Assembly: GCA_965237685.1 (NCBI GenBank)
Contig: CBDEGF010000004.1
Location: forward strand, 463,344 to 527,343
DNA length: 64,000 nt
Reading direction: 5' to 3'
DNA from: Candidatus Marinacidobacterales bacterium
GTDB lineage: Bacteria > Acidobacteriota > Vicinamibacteria > Marinacidobacterales > SMYC01
Shown here: positions 17,806-29,446 of the stretch, piece by piece
Numbering within the stretch: the stretch's first letter is position 1
Layout of the letters: each line of letters starts with the position of its first letter
Made by a program: the position numbers and the translations under genes
The notes under the pieces: model-generated
What the model saw: only the letters and a program-made list of their open reading frames with translations
Told to the model about the DNA's origin: nothing
The model's database searches: none

Positions 17806-20800
17806 CGAGACGACCCTCGGCGTGGCGGGATACAGACCTTTCGTGGCGAGATCGCGGTAGAGCTCCGAGATGCTCGAGAAGGTTTCGTTGAGCTCCGCAA
17901 TGACCTCGTCCAGCTCGCCAGAAAGTTTCGCGAGAAGCCTCGTCTGCGCCTCGGTGGGAACCGCTGTCGCGCCGAGGATGGCTCCTCTCAAACGCGAGAT
18001 GTTGCCCCGAACGTCTTCGTCCGCCGGGCGGCCGCGTTGACGTCGAAACACACCGAAGCGACGCCGCAGCACCTCCAAACGCTCGGAGATCTCTTTCACT
18101 TCAGCGAGTTCATGCTTCTCGACGGCCTTCTCGACCGGCGAGAATTGCTCGTTCAGATCGACCACCGTGTTCGCCGCCTCGTTCGCTCTACGGTTCAGCT
18201 CGTATACCCGACGCGCGGCCTCGTCGTAGACATGCCGATCCGCGGCGTTCAACGGCCCGCATCCTGAGAAACCTCGATCTCCGCGCTCGCTCCGTCCGTG
18301 CCGTCGACGATCAGGTGAGCGCTATAGATCCCGGGAGAAACGAACGGGCTGTCGTATCGCGCTCCCCAACCCCGGCGGTCGGGTTGGCCCTTCACTTCCG
18401 GTAGCGGAGCAAAGCGCAGGTCCCAGCCGACCTAGATGGATGCCGGCGGACTTCATCGCTTCGATCTCGGTAACGACCGTTCCGTTGGAGTCCCGGATCT
18501 CTATCGTAGCTTCTTCGACGCCGGAACCGAGACGGTAGGTGAGCATCCCCGCCTCCGGGTTCTTGCCGAAAAACCGGCGGTCCCCCCCGAACTCGGGAAT
18601 CCGGTTACCGGCCGGGGTTTGCTGGGTCGCGGGCGCGGTCGCAAAAATGTACGCGTCCGTCTCCGCCGCCTTGGCATAATCCTGAAACGGCGTGAGGTCG
18701 TCGAGAATCCAGATACTCCGGCCGTGCGTTGCCAGGATCATGTCATTCTCGCGCGGGTGGAGCGCGATCTCGTAGATGGGCACCGTGGGAAGATTCGCTT
18801 TGACCCGGTGCCACTCGCCGCCGCGATCCACGGTGACGTACAGACCCCGCTCGGTCCCCAGGTACAGCACGTCGGCGTTTTTCAGATCCTCTATCATCGT
18901 ACGCGCGACCTCGCCTGCGGGCAGGTTCGACTCGAGAGAGCGCCAGCTCTTGCCAAGATCGTCGCTCGTGTACACGTAGATCCCGAAGTCGTTTATCCGA
19001 TGGGCATCAAACGTCGCGTAGACACGATTCGACTCGAAGCGCGACGGCGCGAGACGCGAGACGTTGGCGCCAGCGGGGAGGCCGGGAACGTTCTTCGTCA
19101 CGTCCGACCAGTTGACGCCGGCGTCGGAGGAGACGTGTGCGAGTCCGTCGTCGGAGCCCGCCCAATAGAGTCCTTCGCGAATCTCCGATTCCGCGAAGGT
19201 GACGAGCGTCGGAAAGTGCGCGATGCCGTCGTGTTTGGCTATCGTCACGTCCTTGCCGTAGACGCCCATGAACTCGAGCTCATCCCGGTCGACGTTCGTC
19301 GTGAGCTCGGGGCTGATTGCGGCCCACAGCTGACCCCGATCGCGCGAACGGAAAACCTTGTTCGCAGCGACGAGGACGGTGGCGGAGTCGTGGGGCGAGA
19401 GTAGCATCGGCGTGTCCCAGTTCCATCGGAGCTCCGGCTCGTCCCCCTGGGGCTCTGGACGGATCGACTGGCGCTCGTTCGTCACCCGGTCCACGCGGTT
19501 CATGCGACCGTTCTGCGACTCGGAGTACATGATCCTTGGGTTGTCGGGGTCGGCAAGGGCGACGAAGCCATCGCCACCACCGATGATGAACCAATCGTCG
19601 TTCGCGATGCCCGCGTAGCTGCGCACACTGCTCGGCCCACACCACGTGAAGTTGTCCTGTAGACCCCCGCAAACGTAGTAGGGTGTGCTCATGTCGTAGC
19701 TCACGTGGTAGAACTGCCCGACCGGCATGTTGTTGAGCCAGACGTAGGTCTCGCTTCGGTCGTAGGAAATCCCCACGCCACCGTCACCTCCAAGCATGAG
19801 GTGGCTTGAGTCGTTCGGGTCGATCCACATCGCGTGGAAGTCCACGTGGATGCGCCGGGCGCCGTCGTCCCGGAATGTCTTGCCGCCGTCGTCCGAGACG
19901 AGGAGCGGCGTTCCGAGCACGTAGATGCGGAGTCGTCCGTCGGGTCGACACGGATCTGGCTGAAGTACATCGGACGCGGGTTCACCGACGAGAGCTTCGT
20001 CCAACTCGCCCCCGCATCGTCGGAACGGTAAACGCCGCCTTCGTCCTCGTGCTCGATGCGCGCATAGACGACGTCCGGGTTCTTGCGGTAGACGTCGAGC
20101 CCGATTCGTCCCTTCGGACCCTCCGGAATGCCCTCGGTGAGTTTGGTCCAGCTACGGCCCCCGTCGGCCGTCTTGTAGATTGCGGTCCCAGGCCCGCCTC
20201 CGTTGAATCCCCAGGTCCGCCGACGCCTCTGATACATCGCCGTGTAGAGAACCTTGGGATTTCTCGGATCCATCACGAGCTCGGTCGCGCCGGTGTCGTC
20301 GTCGACGTGGAGGACGCGCTCGAAGCTCTCGCCGCCGTCGGTCGTCTTGTAGACACCGCGTTCGCCTCCCGCGCCCCAGAGGCTCCCGAGAGCCGCGACG
20401 TAGACGACGTCCAGGTCGGTCGGATCGATGACGATGCGCGCGATGTGCATCGATTCCCCGAGCCCCATGTTCTTCCACGTCTTGCCGCCGTCGGTCGACT
20501 TGTAGACTCCGTCACCCCAGGAAGAGCTCTGCCGGTTGTTGTTCTCGCCCGTTCCCACCCAGACGAGGTTCGGATCCTCCGGAGCGATCGCGAGATCGCC
20601 GATGGAGGAAGTGGTCTGGTCGTCGAACACCGTCTCGAACGTCGTACCGTTGTTCGTCGTCTTCCAGATACCACCGGTGGCGGTCCCCACGTAGAAGACA
20701 GCGGGGTTCGACTCCAGCACAGCGAAGTCGTCGATACGGCCCGCGGGGGTAGCGGGCCCGATCTCACGGAACCGGAGCCCGTCGAAGGGCCCGTTCTCTT

Positions 20801-20867
20801 TGGCAGCCGCAGAAACGGCCGTTAGCGTCAGAACGACAGTACAGGCGAGTGCGCGTCGCGCGTTCAT
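17806..20867 (-). pseudogene. Sortilin/VPS10-type BNR (Asp-box) repeat protein, paralog of 24136-27342, with at least three frameshifts
   Basis: ORF 19701-20867 has a signal peptide (MNARRALACTVVLTLTAVSAAA) and S.DGG.TW repeats. The frame shifts near 19935-19945 (RVDPTDD / GRLRIYVLG) into 18322-20004, then near 18425-18435 (SAGIH / VGWDLRFAPLPEVKG...EIEVSQDAGR, stop 18249-18251). A further shift leads into 17806-18252, whose first 148 aa align by eye with the paralog's C-terminal helical region. Confidence 0.7.
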
Positions 20868-20972
20868 GGCTCCTCCTCAGCTAAGAGGAGCGATTCTATC
20901 TGAAAAACGACAAAAAAAATCCGCGCCTGGCCCGCTGACGCATCATTTCTCAGGGTCGTCCTGGTCTTGCGC

Positions 20973-23900
20973 TCAGAACCCGATACTGACCGCCTCTGGA
21001 GACGGAGTTCGAGATACAGCTCCAAAGCGAGACGATTTTACCGGCCGAGGGCGGAAGAAAGACAGGCGCACCCGATCGCTAAAATCTTCTTCGAAGCGCT
21101 GGACCTCCCACTGGCTCTCGTACATGAGCTTCACCACCGACATGAGGTATCCGAACTGCCCCGGAGCGGCGACGGTTTCCATCCACTGTGGCGATGCGGT
21201 CTCGTCCGGCATGTCGCAGCCCAGATCGAGCACCGTGATCTGCGGATGCCTTTCGAGAAAGCTGCGGCCTTCGGGATTCGGCCGCTTCCACATCGAGTTC
21301 ACGTAGATCTCGCGGCTGAACGCATCTCCGGCGCGGGACGAGTACGTGTGATCGTACAGGATGTTCATCCCCTCGTAGATCTCGAGACGGAACGGATCGG
21401 GCTCGTAGCGGCGGGCGTACTTCTCGAAGCGATGCACCAGCCGCCGGTTCGCGGCACGAACCGCGTCGACGCCCTGCACTTCCTCGATGATCCGCTCGCG
21501 CAGCTCGCGGCCGACCGGCTTGTGGTCGGGATAGTTGGGGTCGTCCATGTGATTGAGGTTGATGTGATAGCCGCGCGGGATCCAGAACGCGAGGAACCAA
21601 GGCACTTTGTAACCGGCGAACTGATGCACCCACTCGTGGCTCGGATAGCCGTGGGGGTTCATATAGACGTCGGGCAGCCACTGGTAGTAGAGCTTGCGGC
21701 GCACCAGCGCTTCCGGCAGCAACGGGTCGGGATCCCAGATGTAAGCGCCCACGTCCCGTGCCACCGAGCTCCAGTAGCCTCCGTGCAGGATGTAGCTGGG
21801 CGTGAGCTGCTGAAACTCGTAGTGGTTGGCGGCACCGTCCGGGTTCTCCATCGGGTGGTAGACGATGTTCATCCGCTCCAGATACTTCCGGTACTCGGGA
21901 TCGGTCACCAGGAGCTCCATGAGCCGGAGCGCCGCACTGGTGGCGGAGACCTCGTTGGAGTGCTGGCGGGTCGTGAGGTAGAGGACCGGTTTGAGCGCGC
22001 TGGCCTTCGCCTGCACCAGAGCTCGGCCTCCATCGGCAGCATGACGTCCATCGCCCAGACGTTTCGGTCGCGGTAGGTCTGCCCGGCAACGTAGGCGTTG
22101 ATCTCGGGAAAGGTCCGCAGCCGGGGGATCAGCTCGTTCTCGAGCTCGGCGGGAGCGATCACGTGGTCCCAGGTGACGATGCGCTTTCCCCGCTCAGGAG
22201 TGATCGTGGGGAAGTCGCCCGGCTGGGGCAAGACGTTTCGATCCGCGGGCCGGATCGACTCCTCGAGAGCGGCCGAGCCGAGCTCGGTCGAGATCTGCAA
22301 CGAGTCGAGCCTGGCGTAGCTGAGCGCCTCTCGAAGAGAACCCGATTCCTGAATATCCGCGAGGGCGCGGACCATCTTCGTCGCGATGGTCGCCGATTCG
22401 TAGCCATCGGCACCCAGACTCACCCGAATCTCGCTCGCGCCGGTCTGTCCGGCTCGGACACGAAGGCCGGCCACCCGCGGCGATTCGAGCCCCAGGTCTT
22501 TCAGGTCGATGCTTCGCTCGCCACGAGTCCCTTGGGCACCTCGCCACTCGACGACGAGCCGTGGCCGGGGCACCGCGTTTCCTTTCACCGTGACCCGCAG
22601 CTCGGGAGGGCCCTGATGGTTGGGGTAGATCATGGGCGTGATACGACCCGGCGCCACCTCACGGCTCCCGGAGGGATTTCCACTGAAGATGCTCCAGAAA
22701 TCGATGGTGTCGAACGTCAAGTCCTCGTGGAGCGAATCGAGGGACGAGATCCGCTCCTCGTCCAGATCGAGAAGAAAGTCCGGCTCGCTCAGCCGTATCT
22801 CGAAAAACAGTTGGCGGAAAAAGGGCTGGCTTTCGAGACCCAGGTTGCCTCCCGTGTACTCCGTCGCGTACTCGAACATCTTCGGAAGGGCCTCGTTCTG
22901 GTAGAAGTCCCACAGGCGCTCCGGATCCGTACGTACGTTCGCGTCGGCGACGAGCTCGCCATTGACGCGAGCCTGAAATCCGCCGGTGGTGTAGTGAATC
23001 TTCGCGGTCGGCTTGTAGGGGAAGTACTCGCGGGTCGTGAATCGTGGCGCGAACGAATCCGAATAGATCACGCTTCCGTTGCGATCGGTCACTTCCACCT
23101 GGTAGACGATCGGCCCGTCGTCGACTTTCTCGAAACGGGTGGCATCGATGTCGATGCCGAGCTCGCGGGCGAAGATCTCGTCGATGGGAAACATCTCCTG
23201 AAGCCAGCGTATCGGCATCCCGTACCACGTCTCGTAGCTGCCTTCCAGCGCGCCGAGCACGAAACGACACACGGCTTCGACCAACTCATTCTCACCCTCG
23301 CCGCTCGCCGTCACGACCGTGAGGCTCCCCGCTGCGCTCTCCACCGTCAGACGGCATCTGCTCGCTCCATGCTGAACCTCGCCGAGCGGCGGTGTCATCA
23401 TGCCGCCCCCTAAGCCCATGCCGAACTGCGGCAGCTCGACGAACGCGTTGCCACTTGGAGCTAACGCCGTGACCCGCTCCGCCGCACTCCGATCCTGTAC
23501 TGTGCGCGGGGACCGACCCGTAGCACCCGTTCGCCCGTGCCCCTTGAAACGCTTCTCGCCCACAACGGCCCCTCCACTCTCTCGGACCTGTTTGAATCGC
23601 GCCGCATTGACTCGGAGATGACTGCAGATCGTGCTCGGCGCATACCGATCGAGCAACCCCAGCGCCGCTTTCCACAACTCCTCCGGGATCAGCCGTCCGT
23701 GTGGCTTCGCCCGCCATGCTTCGAACTGTTTCACAACGTCTTCGAGTTCTGCCTTCTTTGAGCGCATCGATGACCTCCTTGAGCAATCTCTCCGCTCAGC
23801 TTACGAACCCAACAGCACCTAAGTCACGCACTGCTGCCGCAAGGACACGGCCCGGGGTGAAGCCCGAAGACTCGAAGGCGAGCCGGGCGGCGAAGTTGGC

Positions 23901-24134
23901 CGCTGCAGCGATATCGTGCGGTGTCGGCTCTGCCGGAACGACGATCCGCGCGTGGATGAAGTCGATCACGCCATCACCGTTTCGGTCCTGAAGGATGGCG
24001 CCTTCGGCGAACAAGGCCTGAAGCCCCCCGATGGCGCCAAAAGCACTTCCACTGGCACCAATCGTTGCTAGGAACAGGCCGAAACGAAGACAAGCTCGAG
24101 TCTGGCTCATCAATGTCTGACTCCTTTGGAACAC
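20973..24134 (-). pseudogene. Large secreted M14-family metallocarboxypeptidase-like gene, split by an IS66-type remnant and frameshifted
   Basis: The N-terminal piece 23796-24134 has a signal peptide plus ILQDRNGDGVIDFIHARIVVPAEP. The body lies in 21905-23290 and the M14 core in 20973-22016 (TTRQHSNEVSATSAALRLMELL, HPMENPDGAANH). The frame changes near 22017-22022 (EAELW / QAKASALKP). Confidence 0.7.
23291..23804 (-). mobile_element. IS66-family remnant: left end plus TnpA-like accessory ORF only
   Basis: The minus-strand end starts GTAAGCTGAGCGG (23804 downward), the typical IS66 GTAAGC terminus. AGGAGG then precedes ATG 23767 for MRSKKAELEDVVKQFEAWRAKPHGRLIPEELWKAALGLL...NAFVELP...CRLTVESAAGSLTVV...LVEAVCRFVLG, an IS66 orf1-like layout. 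No tnpB or tnpC follows, and the ORF fuses in frame into M14 sequence near 23290. Confidence 0.55.
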
Positions 24135-24135
24135 G

Positions 24136-27100
24136 TTACCTGCGAGGGATCACAACCGGTCCGGCGCCGGCTCGTTGCAATTCCGCGTTGAGCGCCGCGA
24201 CATCGGTCTCGAGCACGTTTCGCAGGCGATCCGTCAACCGTGACAGCTCCGGGTCGAGATCGGCCAACCGCTGGTGGGCCGCGTCGGTGGGCCGGGCGTC
24301 GGTCCTGCCAACGTAACCATAAAGAAGATTGAACTGCTGGGACAACTTGGGAGGATAGTCGAGATCGTCGCGGTCATAGTCCCGCTCCGTCGGAACCAGG
24401 AGCTGCTCGATGGCGCTCAACTCCTCCGTGAGGGATCTTGCCCGCTCCGTGGCGCTTTCCACCTCGCCCGCGGCTTCGAGGCGCGCGACGAGCCGCTCTC
24501 CCTGTTCCCGAACGGTCCGGATGGTGCGAACCGCCTTCTGGATCTGGGTGATGCGATCCCGAATCTCCAGCAAGAGCTCGAGCTGAGCCCGGTAGTCCGC
24601 ATCGCTCGTCTCGAGCCGGGGGTCCTTCACGACCTGGAATCTCTGGGTTTGCGTCCACGAGCCCGAGCTCAGTCGCACCTGGTAGGTGCCGGGCACCACC
24701 TTGGGACCGAGCGGTTTTCCCGCGTCGGCCGCCGGGTAGCGAAGATCCCACACGAGACGGTTCAATCCCGGCCGATCGAAAGTACTCTCGCTCTTGTACC
24801 AGGGCGGCTCGGGCCGTGGCGCGAGCGACGGGTCTTTCGGATCGTCGCGATTGCTGAACCGGCGAACCGTGTTACCGGCCGGGTCGAGAATCTCCAGTGT
24901 GACCTCGTCTTCCGGCTCTTTGGCGAAGTACGTGTAGAGGATGGCGCCGTCCGGAGCATCCGTTCCCTGCCGATGGCGCTCGATGCGGGCACCGCCGTAG
25001 ACATCGCGGGGGTTGGTAACATAGTCGGCGCCGCCCACGTAGGAGTCGTCGGCTTCCTCTTGGGCGCTCTGCACCCGGTAGGCCGATCTCGGCTCGAAGA
25101 GATACGCTGGCGCGCGCGCGACGTCATCGGTGATCTGATGAAGGGGGGTGACGTCGTCCAGAATCCAGAACGAGCGCCCTTGCGTCGAGAGCACCAGATC
25201 CTTCTCGTGTACGACGAGGTCGGTGACCGGAGTGACCGGAAGATTCAACTGAAGCGATTGCCAGTGGGCCCCGTCGTCGAAGGAGACGTACATGCCGAAC
25301 TCGGTGCCCGCGTAAAGGAGTCCCTTTCGGTCCGGGTCCTCGCGGACGACCCGCACGAAGTGATAGGCGGGAATACCGTTCGTCCCATCGGTGAGGAGCT
25401 TCCAACTCTCGCCGAAGTCATCGGTCCGGAAGATATAGGGCTTGAAGTCGTCCATCCGATAGCGCTGCACGGCGAGAAAGACCCGTCCGGCGTCGTGCGG
25501 CGAGAGCTCGAGAATGTTCACCGTGGCCCACTCCGGCATGTCGTCCGGGGTCACATTCTTCCAGTTGGCGCCACCGTCGCGGGAGACTTGCACCAGTCCG
25601 TCGTCGGTCCCCGCCCACAGAAGGCCCTGCTGATGGGGGGATTCGGCAAAGGCGAAAATCGTGCAGTAGATCTCCTCGCTGGAGACCTCGCGGGTGATCG
25701 GCCCACCGAAGGTCCCGAGCCTTTCGGCGTCGTTTCGAGTCAGGTCGGGGCTGATCACCTCCCAGGTCTGCCCTTCGTTGGTCGTTCGGTGCACGTAGTT
25801 CGACGCGTGGTACAGCACGTTGGGGTCGTGCGGGGACAGCTCGATGGGCGCGGTGCGCTGGAAGCGGTAGCGAAGGTGCTTGGCCGGCATCCCGCCCACT
25901 TCCGGATAGGCCTTGATGGGACGGATTTGTCCGGTGGCACGGTCGTATCGGGTGATCGCGCCGCTGGTGCTGCCCGCGTAGACGATGTTGGGATTGTCGG
26001 GACGGGCGACGGCCACGCCGCCTTCCATTCCGCCGACCCCGTCCCAGTGTTGTAGTTGAAGCCGCATGCCGAAATGACCGGTCCGACTGGGAACCGAAAG
26101 GACCTCATAGGTGTCCTGCTGCGAGCCATACACTCTGTACGGGAATTGGTTATCCACGTCGACCCGGTACATCTCCGCCGTCGGCTGGTTGAGCTGGCTG
26201 GACCAGGACATACCGCCGTTGACCGAAACCGCGGCACCCCCGTCGTTTCCCTCGATCAGGATCCGGTTGTCGTCGGGGTTGATCCACAGATCGTGATTGT
26301 CGCCGTGGGGCATCGTGATGGGACCGAACGTCACGCCGCCGTCGATGGACTTGTGGAAGTAGCGACTGACGACATAGACGGTGTTCTCGTCCCTCGGATC
26401 GGCATAGATATGCATGTAGTACCACGGGCGGTTCTGGAGCTCGCGATCGGTGTTGATGCGCTCGAACGTCTTCCCCGCGTCGTCGGAGCGATAGATGCCA
26501 CCCTGTTTCGCTTCCACCAGTGCCCAGACGCGATCGGGCTTGGCCGGCGAGACGGTGATGCCGGTGCGTCCGATCATCCCGCCGGGAAGTCCGGCGGTGA
26601 GCTTCGTCCAGTTGTCACCCCCGTCGGTGGTCTTGTAGATGCCCCCTTCTTCGCTTCCCGAGAACATCGTCCACGGCTTGCGCTCCGCCGTCCACATCGT
26701 GGCGTACAGGATGCGCGGGTTGGTGGCGTCCATCGCGATCTCGTTGGCGCCGGTTCTCTCGCTAACGTGGAGAACGCGCTCCCAGCTCTTCCCACCGTCC
26801 ATCGTGCGAAAGACCCCGCGCTCGTCGTTGGGGCCGAAGGCGTGTCCAAGAACGGCCGCGTAGACGATATCGGGGTCGGTGGGGTGGACGATGACGCGTC
26901 CGATCTGGCCCGCATCGTCGAGCCCGGCGTGGCTCCAGCTCCTGCCAGCATCGGTCGATTTGTAGATGCCGACGCCGGGAGAGACGTTGCCGCGGATGCA
27001 GGCGGAGCCCGTCCCCACGTAGATGACGTTGGGATCCGAGTCGGCAACGTCGATGGCACCGACCGAGCCGGTAGCGAACTGACCGTCGGTGATGTTGAAC

Positions 27101-27342
27101 CAGGTCTCCCCGCCGTCGGTAGTTTTCCACACGCCTCCTCCGGTACCTCCCATATAGAACGTACGCGGCTCCTGCGGCACCCCGGTGACCGCCGTGGTGC
27201 GCGAGCCCTTGTGAGGGCCGATCATCCGGTACTCGAGGGCCTGATAGAGCGCCGGGTCGTAGACGTTATTCGCATCTTGTGTTGCCGCCCCGGGCATTGC
27301 GAGCAGCGAGGCGCCCAGTGACAAGGCAAGGAGTCTGATCAT
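24136..27342 (-). CDS. Sortilin/VPS10-type BNR (Asp-box) repeat protein, secreted (1068 aa, intact)
   Basis: Signal peptide MIRLLALSLGASLLAMPGAA and many Asp-box repeats (KTTDGGETW, KSTDAGRSW, RTMDGGKSW, KTTDGGDNW, SVNGGMSW, SRDGGANW). Confidence 0.85.
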   Translation of the reverse strand: MIRLLALSLGASLLAMPGAATQDANNVYDPALYQALEYRMIGPHKGSRTTAVTGVPQEPRTFYMGGTGGGVWKTTDGGETWFNITDGQFATGSVGAIDVADSDPNVIYVGTGSACIRGNVSPGVGIYKSTDAGRSWSHAGLDDAGQIGRVIVHPTDPDIVYAAVLGHAFGPNDERGVFRTMDGGKSWERVLHVSERTGANEIAMDATNPRILYATMWTAERKPWTMFSGSEEGGIYKTTDGGDNWTKLTAGLPGGMIGRTGITVSPAKPDRVWALVEAKQGGIYRSDDAGKTFERINTDRELQNRPWYYMHIYADPRDENTVYVVSRYFHKSIDGGVTFGPITMPHGDNHDLWINPDDNRILIEGNDGGAAVSVNGGMSWSSQLNQPTAEMYRVDVDNQFPYRVYGSQQDTYEVLSVPSRTGHFGMRLQLQHWDGVGGMEGGVAVARPDNPNIVYAGSTSGAITRYDRATGQIRPIKAYPEVGGMPAKHLRYRFQRTAPIELSPHDPNVLYHASNYVHRTTNEGQTWEVISPDLTRNDAERLGTFGGPITREVSSEEIYCTIFAFAESPHQQGLLWAGTDDGLVQVSRDGGANWKNVTPDDMPEWATVNILELSPHDAGRVFLAVQRYRMDDFKPYIFRTDDFGESWKLLTDGTNGIPAYHFVRVVREDPDRKGLLYAGTEFGMYVSFDDGAHWQSLQLNLPVTPVTDLVVHEKDLVLSTQGRSFWILDDVTPLHQITDDVARAPAYLFEPRSAYRVQSAQEEADDSYVGGADYVTNPRDVYGGARIERHRQGTDAPDGAILYTYFAKEPEDEVTLEILDPAGNTVRRFSNRDDPKDPSLAPRPEPPWYKSESTFDRPGLNRLVWDLRYPAADAGKPLGPKVVPGTYQVRLSSGSWTQTQRFQVVKDPRLETSDADYRAQLELLLEIRDRITQIQKAVRTIRTVREQGERLVARLEAAGEVESATERARSLTEELSAIEQLLVPTERDYDRDDLDYPPKLSQQFNLLYGYVGRTDARPTDAAHQRLADLDPELSRLTDRLRNVLETDVAALNAELQRAGAGPVVIPRR

Positions 27343-29432
27343 TTGTGTTCTCCCGGGAGAAGGTGTGGGTGACGCCGGTACACGACACGCGCCGCCGGAC
27401 CGGAATCGGGGGAGTGACGCGGCAAGTCCACCGTGAGCCGATCGCCCTCCACCGAGAACTTGGTCACCGACTCGAGCCCGACGATGACCGGCGCGACCGT
27501 CTCAAACCTATTCGTTCGAGGTGACCGGCGGGTCCCCTTTCGGGCGCCCTTCAGAAACTGGTCGAAAAAGGACAACATGTCGAGAAGCACCTGACGCCGG
27601 TTCCCCTTGCTCCGCACGTAGTAATTCTCGTTCGGGTAGTCTTTGAGGCGATAGACCTTGTAATTCTTCTCGAGCTCGAGGGCGAAGTTCAGCGAAGCGC
27701 TCGAGCGGGGGAACCGCCCCTCACCGTGAACGAGAAACGTCGGCGTCGTCACCCGCTCCACCGAAAAGATGGGGGAGTTCTTGCGGTACGTCTCCTCGTT
27801 GTCGGGCAGCGGTCCGAACTCGTGCTCGAGGAGCTTGATGTGCCGGAGCTCCTGCTCTTCCATGAAATGGAACCAGTCGGCGTAGCCGGATCCGGGGATC
27901 GCCGCTTGAAAGACCCCGGGGGCAAAAGCGACCGCCGACAGGCTCATGCAGCCCCCATAGCTCGTTCCGGTGATGCCCATCTTGTCGGAGTCCACGTAGG
28001 CGAGCGTCTTCAAGTAGTCGACTCCGGCAAGGACGTCTGCGAGATCGCAATGTCCCCAGCAGCCGTTGTTGGCGTCCGCGAACGGCTTTCCGTAGCCGGA
28101 GCTGCCACGGATATTGGGAAGGAGCACGACGTAGCCCCGCTGGACGAAGAACTGAACGTGTTGTTGAAAGGTGTCGTGGAACTGGGACGTGGGGCCGCCG
28201 TGGATCCACAGAACTCCGGGAAAGCGCTCGCCGGAACGGAACGCAGCAGGCTTGTAGAGGTAGGCGGCAATCTCGAAACCGTCGGTGCTCCGGTAACGGA
28301 TCTTCTCGGGTGGAATCAGCGTCGCTTCGAGGCCACCTGCCGGGAGGGAGTCGGTGAGCTGGCGCCTGTCACCGCTCGAAACTTCCACCACGAACAGATC
28401 TCGAGGACGGGTCGTCGTCTCGAAGGTGTAGCTCAGCCGCGTCCCGTCGGGCGACCACTCGGGGCTGGCAACCACGCCCACTTCGGGACTGACGAGAGCG
28501 CGGGGTGTCCCGCCGCTCGCGGCAACCACCATGAGATGGTGCGTCCCGTTCCGATTCGAGACGAACGCGATGGATCGTCCATCGGGAGACCAGCGGGCGT
28601 GGCTCTGGTCGGCCTCCTCGGCATGAACGGCTCTCGGCTCGCCGCCTCCGATGGGCACCACCCAATAGTTGATCCAGCCGCTTCGATGCGAGCGGAAGAG
28701 CACAGATTCCCCAACGGGCGAGACGCGGGGATAGGCGAACGTGCCACCGGCTCGATAATCGAAGAAGTCGGCGTCTTCCACGACCACCCGCGGGCTTTCT
28801 CCATCACCCGTCATCGCGATCACGGCGTGGTTCTCCCATCGTTCGTCCAGCTCGACGTAGAGGATCGTGTCGCCGTCCGGAGTCCAGAAGGGAAACACCT
28901 CGTAGCGCTCCTTCTCGGTCAAACGATGGATCGTGCCGTCGTCTACGCGCGCCTTCCAGATATCGTAGTTGCCGTAGCGGTCGCCTGCGAAAGCAATGGC
29001 GGTCCCATCCGGGGACCAGCGAAAGGAATTGATCCGCCCGCCCAGATCGGTGAGCTGCCGGTCACGCCCACCTTCGACCGACCAGAGCCAGAGCTCGGGA
29101 GAGCCGGACTTGTCCGCAACGTAAGCGATCCAGGCACCGTCGGGAGACCATTGCGGCATCTGAAGCGCCAGAAAATGCCCCGACCCGCCGAGATCGAGGG
29201 GAACGCGCGTGGGGAAACCGCCGTCGGGAGAGATCGTCAGAAGACCGCCGTCTCCCAGACTCGAGGCGAAGAGAAGATGCTTCCCGTCGGGCGACCATTG
29301 CGGTGTTTCGCCACCGACGACGGAGTTGATGGACAGAAGATTGTCCACCGGAAGAGCCTCGGAGCCGGGCTGAGAAGCCGCGACCGCGGAGACCAGAAGG
29401 CTACAAAGACCCAGAAGCGACGCCGTTCTCAT
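27339..29432 (-). CDS. S9-family serine peptidase (prolyl oligopeptidase / dipeptidyl-peptidase type) with an N-terminal TolB-like propeller
   Basis: WSPDG repeats, GTSYGG nucleophile elbow and signal peptide MRTASLLGLCSLLVSAVAA. Start chosen at ATG 29432 (GAGGGGG upstream) rather than the track TTG at 29450. The stop overlaps the downstream BNR ATG (ATGA). Confidence 0.85.
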   Translation of the reverse strand: MRTASLLGLCSLLVSAVAASQPGSEALPVDNLLSINSVVGGETPQWSPDGKHLLFASSLGDGGLLTISPDGGFPTRVPLDLGGSGHFLALQMPQWSPDGAWIAYVADKSGSPELWLWSVEGGRDRQLTDLGGRINSFRWSPDGTAIAFAGDRYGNYDIWKARVDDGTIHRLTEKERYEVFPFWTPDGDTILYVELDERWENHAVIAMTGDGESPRVVVEDADFFDYRAGGTFAYPRVSPVGESVLFRSHRSGWINYWVVPIGGGEPRAVHAEEADQSHARWSPDGRSIAFVSNRNGTHHLMVVAASGGTPRALVSPEVGVVASPEWSPDGTRLSYTFETTTRPRDLFVVEVSSGDRRQLTDSLPAGGLEATLIPPEKIRYRSTDGFEIAAYLYKPAAFRSGERFPGVLWIHGGPTSQFHDTFQQHVQFFVQRGYVVLLPNIRGSSGYGKPFADANNGCWGHCDLADVLAGVDYLKTLAYVDSDKMGITGTSYGGCMSLSAVAFAPGVFQAAIPGSGYADWFHFMEEQELRHIKLLEHEFGPLPDNEETYRKNSPIFSVERVTTPTFLVHGEGRFPRSSASLNFALELEKNYKVYRLKDYPNENYYVRSKGNRRQVLLDMLSFFDQFLKGARKGTRRSPRTNRFETVAPVIVGLESVTKFSVEGDRLTVDLPRHSPDSGPAARVVYRRHPHLLPGEHK

Positions 29433-29446
29433 GTCGTTCCCCCTCG

